A stretch of 64,000 nt of DNA from assembly GCA_032718475.1 (NCBI GenBank), contig JAUCBJ010007231.1, positions 1 to 64,000 of the forward strand, given 5' to 3'. A program made the translations under genes and the position numbers. A model generated the notes under the pieces. That model ran no database searches. It was not told the DNA's origin and saw nothing but the letters and a program-made list of their open reading frames with translations. Positions 39,061 through 51,604 of the stretch are shown in pieces. Within the stretch, counting starts at the first letter, position 1; every line of letters starts with the position of its first letter. Origin of the DNA: Nemertoderma westbladi. Lineage: Eukaryota; Animalia; Xenacoelomorpha.

Positions 39061-39419
39061 AAATAATTATATTCTGTCAGTCTGTATGATGAACGTTTAT
39101 TTCCCTGTGTACAAAATATACAGTACTATTATTCTGCGGGCGTTTATTTCCCTGGGCTACTTTATTTCCTTTAAGTTTAACAACAAGCATTAATCATAAT
39201 TATGAAAAGTCTGAAAGTAACTGAATGTAAGAAATTATTAATTAGTTCAATAGGAATCACTATCATTATTAGTAAGGTCTTCAACTGTTATTGGCTGATT
39301 TTCCTGATCTCCTTGTTGATCTGGAAGGGGACGGGGGGGGGGGTAGATCCAACCATTGGGAATTGTTCATGGCTAAGGTACTGTACACAGAGGACGCCAC
39401 TTGTTTTGCTGTGAGCTAC

Positions 39420-40135
39420 TTTTAATTTTCCAATAAGGAAGTGGTGAAGCTTCTTAGTCCTTCAGTCTATCATCATATATATAATCTTGTACGAGCTGAG
39501 CTGCGGCAGCTTTATAGCTGTGATTTAGATTATCCGAAGTATCTTCAGAATCGTCAGTGAGTTGGACGTGGACCTGTCGCTGCTGATTATTTCCATGCTC
39601 AGCATTATTAACAATATCCTTCTCTACAAGGTGTATTAAGTCCGATTTGATTGAGCTGATGAAAAAGCTTTCAGTTTAAAACGGTGATCGAGAAGTGTAG
39701 CTATGCTATATTCCTTTCCTGTTTCAATATGTATAAAGTGTCCCCTTGGATCAGTACCACCAAAATAACGATCTAGCTGTGTAAACAGTTCATTCATTAT
39801 ATAGTGGGATTGCCTCTGAAATGATATTTCCCATTCGCATCGCAGAGACCTCTGCGACAATAGACAATAGATCCTGCACTTTCTTGATAGTGGGCCAGTC
39901 GGTGTTTGTTAGACCACGAACCATCTTTTCAGGATTACTGTCATAATATTCAAGTAAGGCATGCTGGATATGAGTTTTCTCGTGGTTAAATCTACTAAGC
40001 ATAACATTTATGGTACTACATCGGGTGTCTTCATCTAAATTGAGACATAGTTCTTCAGAACCCCTTTCCCTTTGGGCCTTGCACAATTCCTCTTTCGCTA
40101 AACAACTGCTACGAAACAATTTTACTACATCTCAG
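39420..40135 (-). pseudogene. hAT transposase fragment
   Basis: DEDTRCST (resembles D..TRWNS), LTNTDW..IKKVQDLL, and IATLLDHRFK (resembles ATLLDPRFK). Confidence 0.75.
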
Positions 40136-40320
40136 ATGATTTCGTTTGTGATGGAGAAATTTATATTGATAATTACGTAGCTTTACATAAGGATAGGGAC
40201 AGATACGGTGGTGGTGTCTGTACTTACTTACATTCGATGTGATTTAGCTTTTAATCGTAGGGAAGATTTAGAGACTTGTAACGAGGTTTTACTGGTGGAA
40301 CTTTTACTTCCTAAAACTAA

Positions 40321-41564
40321 TTGACAGCTGACGAGCTTCATAGCACCTTACTGGGTATTGAAGCTGCAGTAAATAGTAGACCTCTAACATGCGTCACTGA
40401 TGACGCAAGTGATTTACATTCACCATTGACACCAAGTCACTTCCTAGTAGGTAAACGTCTTTGTACGCTGGTTGATGCGTCTGTACGTGTAACCATACCA
40501 CTTACTTCTAAAACTAAATTAAGAAACCGAGCACGATATCAAGAGATAATTAAAAACGAGTGTCAATGGCGTTCAGAATACATCAAAGAATTAGGTTCTC
40601 AAAAAGTAGGTGTTTCAATGTTTTGTTTCAATGTTTCAATGTTTATTTTTACCCTTCAAATAATAATTCAAAATAACAATAACTCAGTATAAAATAGAAA
40701 TTAACATGAATACATACTATATATGGTAAGGTGACATTTGCATCCTACATTCTGAAAGTTTGCCACGCTGCATGTTGAAACTTTGCCAGATAGAAAAACT
40801 TATGGTATCACGGGATGGCCATATACGGTCTGCTCGTATCTGAGTCACCCCTAGAGGGAAAGGAGCTACATCTCTAAATCGATCATTGCGTCAACTCATT
40901 CCTCTAGAAATCCAAGAATAAAATGTGTATATTTATGTGTTTACTTACTTATTCAATTTTTTAGAAAATTTTAGGTTACGGACAGTACTTAATGACGTTT
41001 TAGATACTGTAGTTTCAATTTTGTTTATTAATGACACAACATTGCTAAGATGGTTGATTTACAACAGTACTGCTTATACACACACCACTCACATCCACAA
41101 AAGGGGGACCGTTGGGTGTAGACTGTTGTCTACGGGGGGAGTGTTATAGAATAAGCTATATTTATAAATTAGCACCCTCGCAAATATTGTGTTACTGTAT
41201 GTAGTGCGTACAGTACAAAAGGGGAATTTTGTGTTTTTAGTTTTATATATATACTGTATGTGTTGTGATTTACGCGTTTACTGGTACTACAATTAGTTGT
41301 CATGTTGCAATCTGTTGTCACGGTTTATGTTACAGTGTTAGTACTTGTCTGTCCGTTAACAATGTCTGCAACGCATACCGCAGTACAACAGTACAGTGCA
41401 GCTGTGATATTGCTACTGCATTTACTGTAACACGGTCTGATTCACTAACTGTATTCGATTTAATTGTACGTTTAAACTGCAATTATTGTAACAAGTGACA
41501 GATTGAAGGAGAAACTTTCCTTTTTTGCACCCGAACCCAATGGAATAGAACCAATTCCACAACA
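40321..41564 (+). mobile_element. BEL/Pao LTR retrotransposon 3' remnant: integrase C-terminus, PPT and probable 3' LTR (41142-41564)
   Basis: IEAAVNSRPLT..PLTPSHFLVG..WRSEY; GGGGGGAG is followed by TGTT...AACA, after which host LINE C resumes. Confidence 0.7.
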
Positions 41565-41939
41565 CCTATTTTAATCGGCACCTTATATCGGCCCCGATTT
41601 TGATATCTGTTACCATCACAAAGCATCCCCCATCTGTAAACAGTACCAAAGTATTTTAAATTTGTTTGGTTTAAAACAAATTATTTGAGATTCTACCATA
41701 ATTACCAGTAAAACTTCTACTTTACTAGATCACATCCTTTGTAATAATACCGATATTATTTCTCAATCTGGGGTTTTACCTATAGGTCTAAGCGATCACT
41801 TTATAGTTTTTTGCACAAGAAAGACACAAAAATCTTTTTTCGGCGATCATAAAACAGTAACAGTTAGGTCTATGAATAATTACAGCAAGGAACGCTTTTT
41901 AAGTTTGTTAGTTAATTCTGACTGGGAACCCTGTTTTAA

Positions 41940-43613
41940 GGGGGGAGGGGGGGGGGGGGGGGTACACCCCCCTATGGACCATTTTTGCAAATGGCTATAA
42001 TTTCTGCTTGTGTGTAGTTTTGTATATTTTATACCTTTCGGGGGATTAACATATGGCCAAAGATTGGGTTCAAACAAAATTGTCAAATTTGCGTCGCCCT
42101 CTAGCGGCCACCAGCGAAATTGTTAATTTCACTAAAAACACTACTACTCTCACAATTTTGGGTGAAAATTTTCGAAACTTGGATTTTCTGAATCAGCATC
42201 CTCGGCTCCACAAAACTTATCCTTTACATTTTTTATTTAGGTCTTAAATATTTTTAAATATTATTAACTAATATTAATTATTATTTAATAGATATTAACT
42301 AATTTCAAGAAATTAATATGGCACAATTCAAAATTCTAACCGATAACTTTTGATCAAAACCCGAAAAGAAATCAAACAAAAAAAAAATTTCGAAAATTGG
42401 TTAAGAAATGGCTGAGTAGTAGTATTTTGAATGTGAAAAATACAATTCCGAGATAAACGCATTTAAAGTTTAAGAACAATATATTTCAAATGTTCCCGCT
42501 ATTTTCAGTACTGGTATCTCCTTTTCTTTTCCCATTGGTTATCCCCTATCCATATTTTGTGATTTTTCAATGGATTTCATGAAATTTGGTTCAAAAAAAC
42601 CCCTACCCACTTTTAACAACCTGTTTAAATAATTTTAGAGTGCTTGCCAAAAAACACTTCGCGCAGCACGTGAACAAATTTCATTTTGGCGTATTAATTT
42701 GATCGCATACTATTTCATCATTTAGTAATAAATAGTCATGGAATAATGAGACAACCTTAAGAAACATTCAAAATTATATAAAAAATTCCACATAATTTTA
42801 TAATAAGCCTTTACACAGAACATTAAGGTTTGCTCAGCACGTGAAACCTTCGCGCAGCACGTGAGACATTTGCGCAGCAGGTGAAGGTTTCACGTAGCAC
42901 TTAAATTCTTCACAATGCACGTTAATTAATCGAGCACCTCGGAAAGCTTTTTATTTTGATCAGAATGAGAAGCCTTCACGCGGCACATGAAAAGTTCATG
43001 CAGCACATGAAGACTTCGCGCAGCACGTGAATTATTCTCGCCTGCGGAATTAAAAAAAAATAAGTTTATGGTTGTTTCCCAGAATTATTATTACTAGCTA
43101 TTGTTATATGATGGTTCACATTTGTTATTACTAGTAGACAACAAGTCCATTAGACAACTGTTCAATATGTAATACAAAACTCACAAATATCTATTAAATA
43201 TATATTAATAAAAATTTGACGGAGATGTTGACAGACTGACAGACATACAAACAGACAGACAGACAGACAGACAAACTGAGAGACAGACTGATATACAGAC
43301 ATACAGTAGTGATTAGATAATTCCAAATATGAAAACAGACATCGACATTAAGAAAAATCCTAACAGCAAACATTTCAGATTGCTTATTTTATGCCCTTTT
43401 CAATATTTCGATGGACAGACAGACAGACATACAGACGGAAAACCAGCCATTACTCGAGAAGTAAAAGAGATCTCGCTAAGCCGTTTCCAGATTTGAAATC
43501 CGCATTAAATTCTACTCTAGATGAAATAAAAAAACAAAAAACCTGAACAAAAAACAGTTGACCTGAGGGGAGGGGGGGTGTACCACCCCCCCCCCCCCCC
43601 CCCCCCCCCTCCC
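41940..43613. mobile_element. Non-autonomous TTAA-specific DNA transposon (Kolobok-like)
   Basis: TTAA at 41936-41939 and 43614-43617. TIRs GGG..GGTACACCCCC and GGGGGTGTACC..CCC. GG termini fit Kolobok rather than piggyBac. Removing the element restores the LINE C frame. Confidence 0.8.
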
Positions 43614-43648
43614 TTAAGGCCGCTGACATTATTAACCTTGCGTACACT

Positions 43649-43683
<35 letters not shown>

Positions 43684-45966
43684 ATTCATATTCAAACTGC
43701 ATTGTGTAATCATTATCAATAATTGCACAAAAACAGGCAGTTACACAAGGTAACTGGTAATAATGAATATACGTCAGACTGGCCCGCCCAGACATTTAAT
43801 GTTGGGTTCTACAGTATGTATATAAACTTACTCTAATCCCTAATGAATTACTACACCCCTAGCTAGATATTGCACAAATTATATTATAATATATGAATCA
43901 CTGAGTGTACACAATTTACGAGATGCTATGAAAAAAAGGTAATTGTTTTTTGCGTTATGTTGTATCATCCCGGTGGTACTGAGTTAGGTAATGTTTTTTT
44001 AGGGTTGCATTAAATTCTTTCAAGTGTTGGTATTGGGAAGTTACTGCCTGTGGTAGTTCATTCCACATTTGTATTAATTTATATGTTAATGATGTATGAC
44101 CGTAATAATTTTTAGTTTTTGGCATTTTGATTTTAAATGTTCGTGGGTTTATTTGTTTGTTTTCATTTTTTAAGAATGGTAGGTCGAGATGTTTGAATGG
44201 TTCTGCTATTCCTAGTAAATATTTGTGTAAAAAGGTGATGCCGTAGTATTCGCGAGATGCATAAAGAGTTGGAATTTTAGCTTTTGTGCGAAGTTCGGTA
44301 GCAGAACAATCTTTTGGTTTTTTGCTAAATATGCAACGTAGTGCTAAGTTCTGCATTTTTTCCAAACGGTACAGTATTTTTTTGTGTCCATATTCGTTGT
44401 GTAAAGATAACAGCAGCTGGCAACAATAATTATGGTATGGTAAAACCAATGCTTTATATAAAGTAATTTTCGTTTTTAGTGGTAATTGCCCTTTAATTTT
44501 TCTTAGACCCGAAATTGCCATACCCATTTTACTAATAACTGAATCAATCTGCTCTTTCCATTCTAGTTTATTGTCTATTTTTATACCTAAATATCGTACG
44601 CTAGTCGATTGTTCTATTATACATTCTTCGTTTAATTTAATTTTTATTTGTGGAATATTATTGTCTATATTTTTATGTGGATGTAGAAGTAAAAGTTCTG
44701 TTTTATCTGGATTAACTTGAAGACTGTATGCCTGGAAAATGTTTGAAATATTATGTATGATGTTTTTTAATTCGCTTGCTAAGTAGACCGGATCTTTTCC
44801 TGATATATATATGGCTGTGTCGTCAGCGTATTGTACCATGGACGTATTTTTAGTTACTAGAGATGGCATAGTGTTAGTATAGAGTGTGTACATTAAAGGC
44901 CCCATTAGGGTACCTTGAGGGACACCCCTTTTTTCGGTCAAATATGTCGAAGAAATGTTTCCGATTTTAACTTTCTGTTTGCGGTCTGAGAGGTAATTTT
45001 TAATTAATTTTAAAGCCGTTGAATTAAATCCTAATGAATCGAGCTCTTTTAGTAAAGTATCGTGTCTGAGAGAGTTAAAGGCCTTGCTGAGGTCGAGGAA
45101 CGCCACGGCAACATACTTACCTTGGTTGAGTTCAGCTCTCCACTGCTCCGTAGCGTACGTAATGGCGTCTAATGTAGAATATTTCTTTCGAAAGCCGAAC
45201 TGGTATGGATTTAGTAGGTTATTTTGATACAAATATGTATTAATTTGATTAACTAAATGACGTTCGAATATTTTTGCTATTGGTTGAGTAACTGCTATAG
45301 GTCTGTAGTTAGCTGGATCTAGATGGTTCTCCTTTTTATATATTGGTGTTATTTGTGATATTTTTAATGAGCTGGGAAATTTTGATTGTGTTATACAATT
45401 ATTAAAGATAGCTGTGAGGGGTTCACATATGTGTGGTGACATTAATTTGAATATTTTAATTGGAATATCAGAAGGTCCAGATGACTTTGAGACATTTAGC
45501 TTATTAATTATTTCATACATTTGTAGTGATGTAACAGTATTGAAACTAAAGGAGGGCCCATTGTTTGGCGATGATTGCATTGGTTTTTGATGGTTTTGGA
45601 TTTCACTAAATATGTTGTTTACCTTTGTAAAATCCCCTATATCTATGTAGACTTCATTAAATACCCGCGCAATTTCTGTTGGATCTGTATAAAATATTCC
45701 CTTGTATTTGATTTCTGATATATTATTTCTTTCAGTTGATTTATTTAGTATTTGATTTATTACTTTCCACCGCCCCTTACTTGTAGTGCATGTTGCATAT
45801 GTGTTATTGACATATTGGTTTTTTAATTTTTTATTTAGATTGTTAAACTTGTTTCTGGCTTTTTTAAATAACTTGAAATCGTTTTCGAAGTTAGTTTCCC
45901 GCCATTTAGCAAATAAGATATATTTTTCTTTACGAAGAACTTCTAACAACTCGTTTGACCATTCGT
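43649..45966 (-). mobile_element. 5'-truncated CR1/L2-type LINE family E with poly(A) tail
   Basis: T-run on the + strand at about 43650-43679; uninterrupted RT ORF at 43955-45949. Confidence 0.9.
43955..45949 (-). CDS. LINE ORF2 reverse transcriptase (5'-truncated, open 664 aa)
   Basis: NYRPI, QFGFRKKYST, FLDLSKAFNSL, GVPQGTLMGP, YADD and YLG motifs. Confidence 0.85.
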   Translation of the reverse strand: MLEVLRKEKYILFAKWRETNFENDFKLFKKARNKFNNLNKKLKNQYVNNTYATCTTSKGRWKVINQILNKSTERNNISEIKYKGIFYTDPTEIARVFNEVYIDIGDFTKVNNIFSEIQNHQKPMQSSPNNGPSFSFNTVTSLQMYEIINKLNVSKSSGPSDIPIKIFKLMSPHICEPLTAIFNNCITQSKFPSSLKISQITPIYKKENHLDPANYRPIAVTQPIAKIFERHLVNQINTYLYQNNLLNPYQFGFRKKYSTLDAITYATEQWRAELNQGKYVAVAFLDLSKAFNSLRHDTLLKELDSLGFNSTALKLIKNYLSDRKQKVKIGNISSTYLTEKRGVPQGTLMGPLMYTLYTNTMPSLVTKNTSMVQYADDTAIYISGKDPVYLASELKNIIHNISNIFQAYSLQVNPDKTELLLLHPHKNIDNNIPQIKIKLNEECIIEQSTSVRYLGIKIDNKLEWKEQIDSVISKMGMAISGLRKIKGQLPLKTKITLYKALVLPYHNYCCQLLLSLHNEYGHKKILYRLEKMQNLALRCIFSKKPKDCSATELRTKAKIPTLYASREYYGITFLHKYLLGIAEPFKHLDLPFLKNENKQINPRTFKIKMPKTKNYYGHTSLTYKLIQMWNELPQAVTSQYQHLKEFNATLKKHYLTQYHRDDTT

Positions 45967-47458
45967 TTTAAAGATATATTTCTAAAGGCACTTAATACTG
46001 TAGCACCAATTATTAAAGAAATTAGTCTTAAACAACGCACTGAGCCCTGCATGTCCTCGGGTATTCTTAGTAATATCAGAGAAAGATATAACTATTTGTA
46101 TAAATTTAGGAAATACCGTGTTTTAGCTGATTATAATAATTACTGCAAATATAGAAACCTTGTCCAACGGGAAGTAAAAAAAGCGAAATCTGAATATTTG
46201 TACAACAAAATAAGTGAGAATAAAGATAATCCTAAAAGTCTATGGTCTACCCTAAAATCTTTAGGTTATAAAAACCTTAAATCTTTATCGAATATTGTTC
46301 TGCAAGATAACGGTGAGCTGATTCATGATCATACTCTAGTTAATAATTTATTTCATAATTATTTTACTAATGTTGCCTCTAATTTAGTTAAGAAGTTACC
46401 GTTATCAAGTAATAAATATAGTATAGGGTCCGAAACTCTAAATAATTTTTATTTAGAAAAGTTACAAAATTCAGAAAAGTTATTTTTAAAACCCGTTTCT
46501 GAGGATTTCGTTTTTCAAAATCTACTTAGCCTATCAGCCTCAAAAAGTACCGGTCTCGACCTAATACCTGCCCGTTTTCTTAAGGATGGTGCTGAAGTAC
46601 TTAAAGTGCCTATTACTTTTATTATTAATTACTCTATCGTAGATATTGTAGTACCAGACGAACTGAAATTAGCTAAGGTTGTTCCTCTGTATAAAAAGAA
46701 TAGTTAAGTATTGTTATCGTAGATAATGTAGTACCAGACGAACTGAAATTAGCTAAGGTTGTTCCTCTGTATAAAAAGAATAGCCTTGATCTAACAGGTA
46801 GGACTTGAACCAGTCTATAGAACCTACGCTCATCAGGCCTAACTTAAAATTACTAAAGTTACTAAAGTTAAAGTTACTAAAATTCTACAACGTTCTGTTT
46901 TTCTACAGCTGGAAGCACATCTTAGTAGGCTAAATCTGATCTATAAACTTCAGTCCGGTTTTCGTAAATCATATTCTACAGACACCTGCCTTATTAACTT
47001 AACTGATACAATTAGATGTAATAACGCAAAGGGTTTATATACTGGTATGGTAATGTTGGACCTACAAAAGGCTTTCGATACTGTAGATCACGAAATTCTG
47101 CTTGGTAAGTTAGGCCTGATGGGTGTAGGTTCTATAGACTGGTTCAAGTCCTACCTGTCAGACAGAGGTCAAACTGTAGTCATTAGCAAATCGCAGTCTA
47201 CTGTACAAGAGATTACCTGTGGTGTACCGCAAGGTAGTATATTAGGTCCTCTGCTTTTTGTCTGCTATGTAAATGATACGATAAGTAGTATAGATCCCGA
47301 TTTAAAACTCATTTTATATGCCGACGACAGTGCTCTTATTTTCTCTCATAAAGATCCTATCCATATTTCCCAAAAGTTAAGTGCAGTTCTAGAATCCTGT
47401 AATGAGTGGTTGGTTGATAATAAGCTATCCATTCACTACGGTAAGACTGAAAGTATTT

Positions 47459-47748
47459 AAAAAAGTAAAAGTAAAAAAGTAAATTTTCTTCGGCCGCTAG
47501 GCCAGGGATTACGCACAAAGTCTGACGACGTATTTCCAGTGCGGTCCCCCCAGAACTTTACTCCCCAGAGGAAACTCCAGTACTCATTTAGCTACCACTT
47601 AAGGATGTAAGGCAGAGATGTGCCCTGGCTGGTCCCTTTAAAGCATTCGTGCCGAAACGAAAACTGCCCTGGCCCATGTGAGGATCGAACCCACGACCTA
47701 CAGGAGATGTGAATTCAATGCAACCACTACACCAAGGTGGAACCTGTT
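47459..47748 (-). mobile_element. tRNA-derived SINE, family 2
   Basis: A-box TGGTGTAGTGG, B-box GGTTCGATCC, T-rich (TTTAC)n tail; near-identical to 51749-52023. Confidence 0.85.
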
Positions 47749-48121
47749 TCGATTTCGTTTGGTTCCAAAAGAAAGTTAAAGAAGGTAACTAAGTTTGAAG
47801 TCACTAGTAATGGACATAAGATTGAAAATAAAAAGGAAGTTAAATATTTAGGCGCCACATTGGATAACTGCTTATCAGGAGAAAGCACAGCAAAAAATAT
47901 TTTCTCGAAAGTTAACAGTAGGCTTAGGTTTCTATACAGAAATAAAAATAGTTTAAACATCGACTCCCGCAAGTTACTTTGCTTTTCTTTGTATGAAGGC
48001 TTAACCAAACAGCTTAAATGTAAATTACAAGTAGCTCAGAATAAAGTAGTACGATTTATTAAAGACTTCAAACCTAGGCACCGCCTAACTCCAGATGACT
48101 TTTCCGAATCTGGTCTACTGA

Positions 48122-48833
48122 ACAGGCAGTACTCTGTTAATCTACAGGAGCTAATAAACCAACAGGTTGATGCCATCAATGATGCCGACAACAGCAGGCA
48201 ATCATCCCAGGCATGGAAATCGATCAACTTGCTTACTGGGCGAAAAAGCCAACCAACCACCAAGGTTAAGGCTGAATCACCAGCCGATCGCCTCAATGGT
48301 TGGAAAGCCCACTTTGAAAAGCTCCTCAATAATGACAGGGTATTGCCTGATAACTTTATAGAAGTAAAAGTGTCTGAGTCTGTTCTCCCAGATATTCCCA
48401 TTGGCGATATCTCCTTTGCAGAAGTGAAGGCTGCTGCAAAGAGCATTAAGACGAATCGTGCAAGTGGAGTAGATGGTGTTCCCCCTGAGGTCTTTAAATT
48501 ACCTGAGTGTTTAAAGCTCATCTATCCCATCATAGTAGACATGTACCGAACAACAAGAGTCCCACAAGAAATGAAAACAAATAAGTTGGTGCCAGTTCCC
48601 AAGAAGGGCAACCTAACACTCTATGGTTCTTTTCGGGGAATCTCATTGATCTCAATTGCTGCAAAGCTATACAATAGAATTATATTAAATCGCATCAGGG
48701 ATCCCATTGAGAGACTGCTCTGTGGAAATCAGAATGGGTTCCGTAAAGGTCGTGGGACCATGGAGCCCATTTTGGCACTTAGAAGGATAATTGAAGAATT
48801 ATCAAAAAAGAAAGACAGGCATCTGGCTGTTAT
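48122..48833 (+). mobile_element. Internal fragment of RTE-like LINE B
   Basis: Near-identical to 2838-3550. Confidence 0.9.
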
Positions 48834-48834
48834 T

Positions 48835-50160
48835 ATATTCTGCTATATTGAATCGGTGGATTGGTCTTCATCCATTGACTGAAGTGTTTGAAAGCAGTTT
48901 TGAAATTCTACTGTATAAGCATCCTTTACAGCATTGTCAGTTCTGAGTTTCTCCCAGTCATAGTTGATTTGCTTGCTTGTCCTGGGTTTGCTGGCTCTCA
49001 AACTGAGTCTGATCTCTGCAGTCACAATTCTGTGGTCCGAACCAATTAGGTTGAATGAGCTGTATGCCTCGCAGTTGATCATGCTGTTTCTCCACTTTTT
49101 GCTTATAAGGATAGGATGTAATACAGTTGTGCTTTGGTTCCATTAGGATACTCTTTTCGAATGTGTTGTTTGTTGGTATCAATTCACATTCTTGCATTAG
49201 GTCTAAAAGTAAGTACCCATTTCTGTTAGAACTGGTGTTATAGGTGTAACCCTTGATGTCTTCTGGGCCAATTTGCGCATTCAGGTCACCAGCAATGACT
49301 TTAACATTGTGTTTCGAATGTCCTCAATAAGTCCAGTCAGTTCTTCATAAAACTTGACTGCTTGTTCTGGCTCTGAGGCATTAGTTGGACTGGAGCAACA
49401 TACAACTGTTGTCTTGGGATTCCCATCAAATGTTGCGATCATAACCCTGGAATTTATCTATTCGATGTTGTTTAGGGTCTTAAGTGCAAATGGGCTTAGC
49501 AGAATTCCTACTCCACCAATTGATGCATTGGCCGAGTTTATTACTGCTGAGCTTGTTACTAACGTCCATCCATTTCCAATGTCATTGTACTTCATGGCAG
49601 TGTCTTCATGACAAATCCGATGTTCTTGAATGCAGATGATGTCGATGTTATATTCCATTGCCAGAGCAACCATGTCACCCTGTTTGGTAAGTGCTTTCAG
49701 CGTGCGTGCATTCATTGTAGCTTTAGTGTCTTTTTACATTTCAACAGGTTGGTTCTTCTTTCTTCTCTGTCTTCTGTTCCAGTAGCCAATTTATCGACCC
49801 CAGCCTGGTGTACCACTGAGGGACGCGGTCCTTGTTGACCCGGGCGACGACCGAGCAGGTATTTCTCCTGGAGGGTTCTCATACTTATATCTTTCAGTTG
49901 CGGGAGTAAACCGCTTGTGGTCGCAACTCCTACAAGCGTCTTCGCAGTAGGTCGCCGTTGGTTGATTACCTTCCGCCGACCTTGTCAGCATGTCTAGCCG
50001 TTGGTTGATTACCTTCCGCCTATCCATGGCCTACAGCCCTGCTGCCGACTGTAGGGGTACTTTTGTTACACCCTGAGCCAAGTGTGCCTCCTGGGTTAGG
50101 TTACCTAACACTGGTAGAGGAGCATCCAGTATAGACAGGGCTGGGCTTGTATCATCTCTA
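48835..50160 (-). mobile_element. RTE-like LINE A 5' part with leader and APE domain
   Basis: MNARTL..ICIQEHR..GGVGILLSP, GDLNA and SDHR motifs; GC-rich leader at 50025-50160. Confidence 0.85.
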
Positions 50161-51604
50161 AATAAAAGTAAAGTAAAAAACAGTATTAAAACAATTATAG
50201 TATATATATATATTACATAAAAAAATAGACTAGTCATGGAAAATTGTGTTTGTTAATGTTAGCTTTTGTGCTATGGTCCCATTCTGGAACCCATCTCCAA
50301 TATTTTCCTTTCTGAAATTTTCAAAAGATTTTATAGCTCACAAAATAAATTAATTTGCGGGAGAGTTTTTTTGGATGCTAGTCATCTTTACAGAACTATT
50401 ATTAGAACTACTATTAGAAGAAGTATGGCATTTTGGTTATGTGGCCTGAAAAATACAAGTAGCACAAATTCGATTTTAATATTTTCAAAAATCAGCTTGA
50501 GTAAATTTCAAAGGTATGTCAGGTAATGGTTTAGGTAAGGGTGCACTAATTAATTATACAGTAAGCTACTATAGAACATACCAATTCCACCTTTGAGATT
50601 GAGTTTGGTAAAATGAAATTTATTCTAGAGTTAGCTATCAGTTTTACATCCATAACCAAGAGGTGTGTATCTAGTACATTTGCTCCTATGAATCAAAGTA
50701 AGAGCTATATGTTTTACAAATTCCCGTACTTCTGGTTTAGGATTTAGGGTAAGGGTTTTTTCTGAATCCTGTCCACTGGAGATACATTAGTATGTGTTCC
50801 TCTTTCCAGTATCCCTAGACCAGACTGATATGGTAATTGTTGAATTGATGAATAAGGCGCTGATTGAGCCACAGTACCACTACAGGGTAGACGGAGGTGA
50901 TAATTACGGCCACTTACTCCTATAATAAATCCAGTCCGGTCCCATAATTTAGTCTTTGTATCCAGTATGTATACAGGTGTACAAACTAATAAGGGTTTGA
51001 GAGGACGGTTTTAGACGTTCGGGGGTGTGGTCACCCTAGTATCAAGAAAATCTAGGTTTGTAGTCCACTGATGTATGAAATTGTTGTGATGAGAAGGCAC
51101 ACATGTCCTGGTTTGATGTCCTAAAACAAGTTTGGCTGGTGAAAATCCATGTGTATGAGGGTTGCGTAGTAATTCTTTATGGAAAAGATCAGTTTGTATG
51201 TCCCCCATTGTTTGATGCTGTAGCTACCAGGTGTATGAGTGTTTTGACTGATGACTCCGCCAGACCATTCATTACTTTGGGGAAAATGTGTAGCAGAGAA
51301 ACATTGAGTAACTCCCCAATCTCCCCAATGATTGGGTTTCTGCAGAGTCGAATAGTGGGCCTCCATCAGTATGTAATTTAAATGGGGATTCCGAGATTAC
51401 TGAAAAAACGATGAAGTACTCTGCAACTTTCTCAGAATTTGGGTCATAACGACCAAAATCATGAATTCAGGCCATCCAGAAAATTGATCCACATATGCCA
51501 AGTAATGAAAGCCAGTGTATGAAAAAGATCTGCACCAACTTCCTCAAATGGGCGAGATTTTTGGGGGTCAGAAATGAGTGGTTCTGCTGGCAAGTAGGCA
51601 AATA

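Larger units (their letters stand above)
40137..48120 (+). mobile_element. L2/CR1-type LINE family C, ORF2 (APE-RT) split by at least four insertions
   Basis: The protein is continuous across the insertions: DRDRYGGGV..LLPKT | PILIGTLYRP..SDH..DWEPCF | KAADIINLAYT | [37 protein letters not shown] | FGSKRK..YLG. Confidence 0.85.

Noticed and set aside
41936-43617. piggyBac element
   Set aside because: The TTAA TSD fits, but the termini are GG..CC rather than CC..GG.
46783-46845. CTGATGA on the minus strand as a hammerhead or Penelope signature
   Set aside because: It is an inverted copy of LINE C coding sequence (47107-47170) with no GAAA core.
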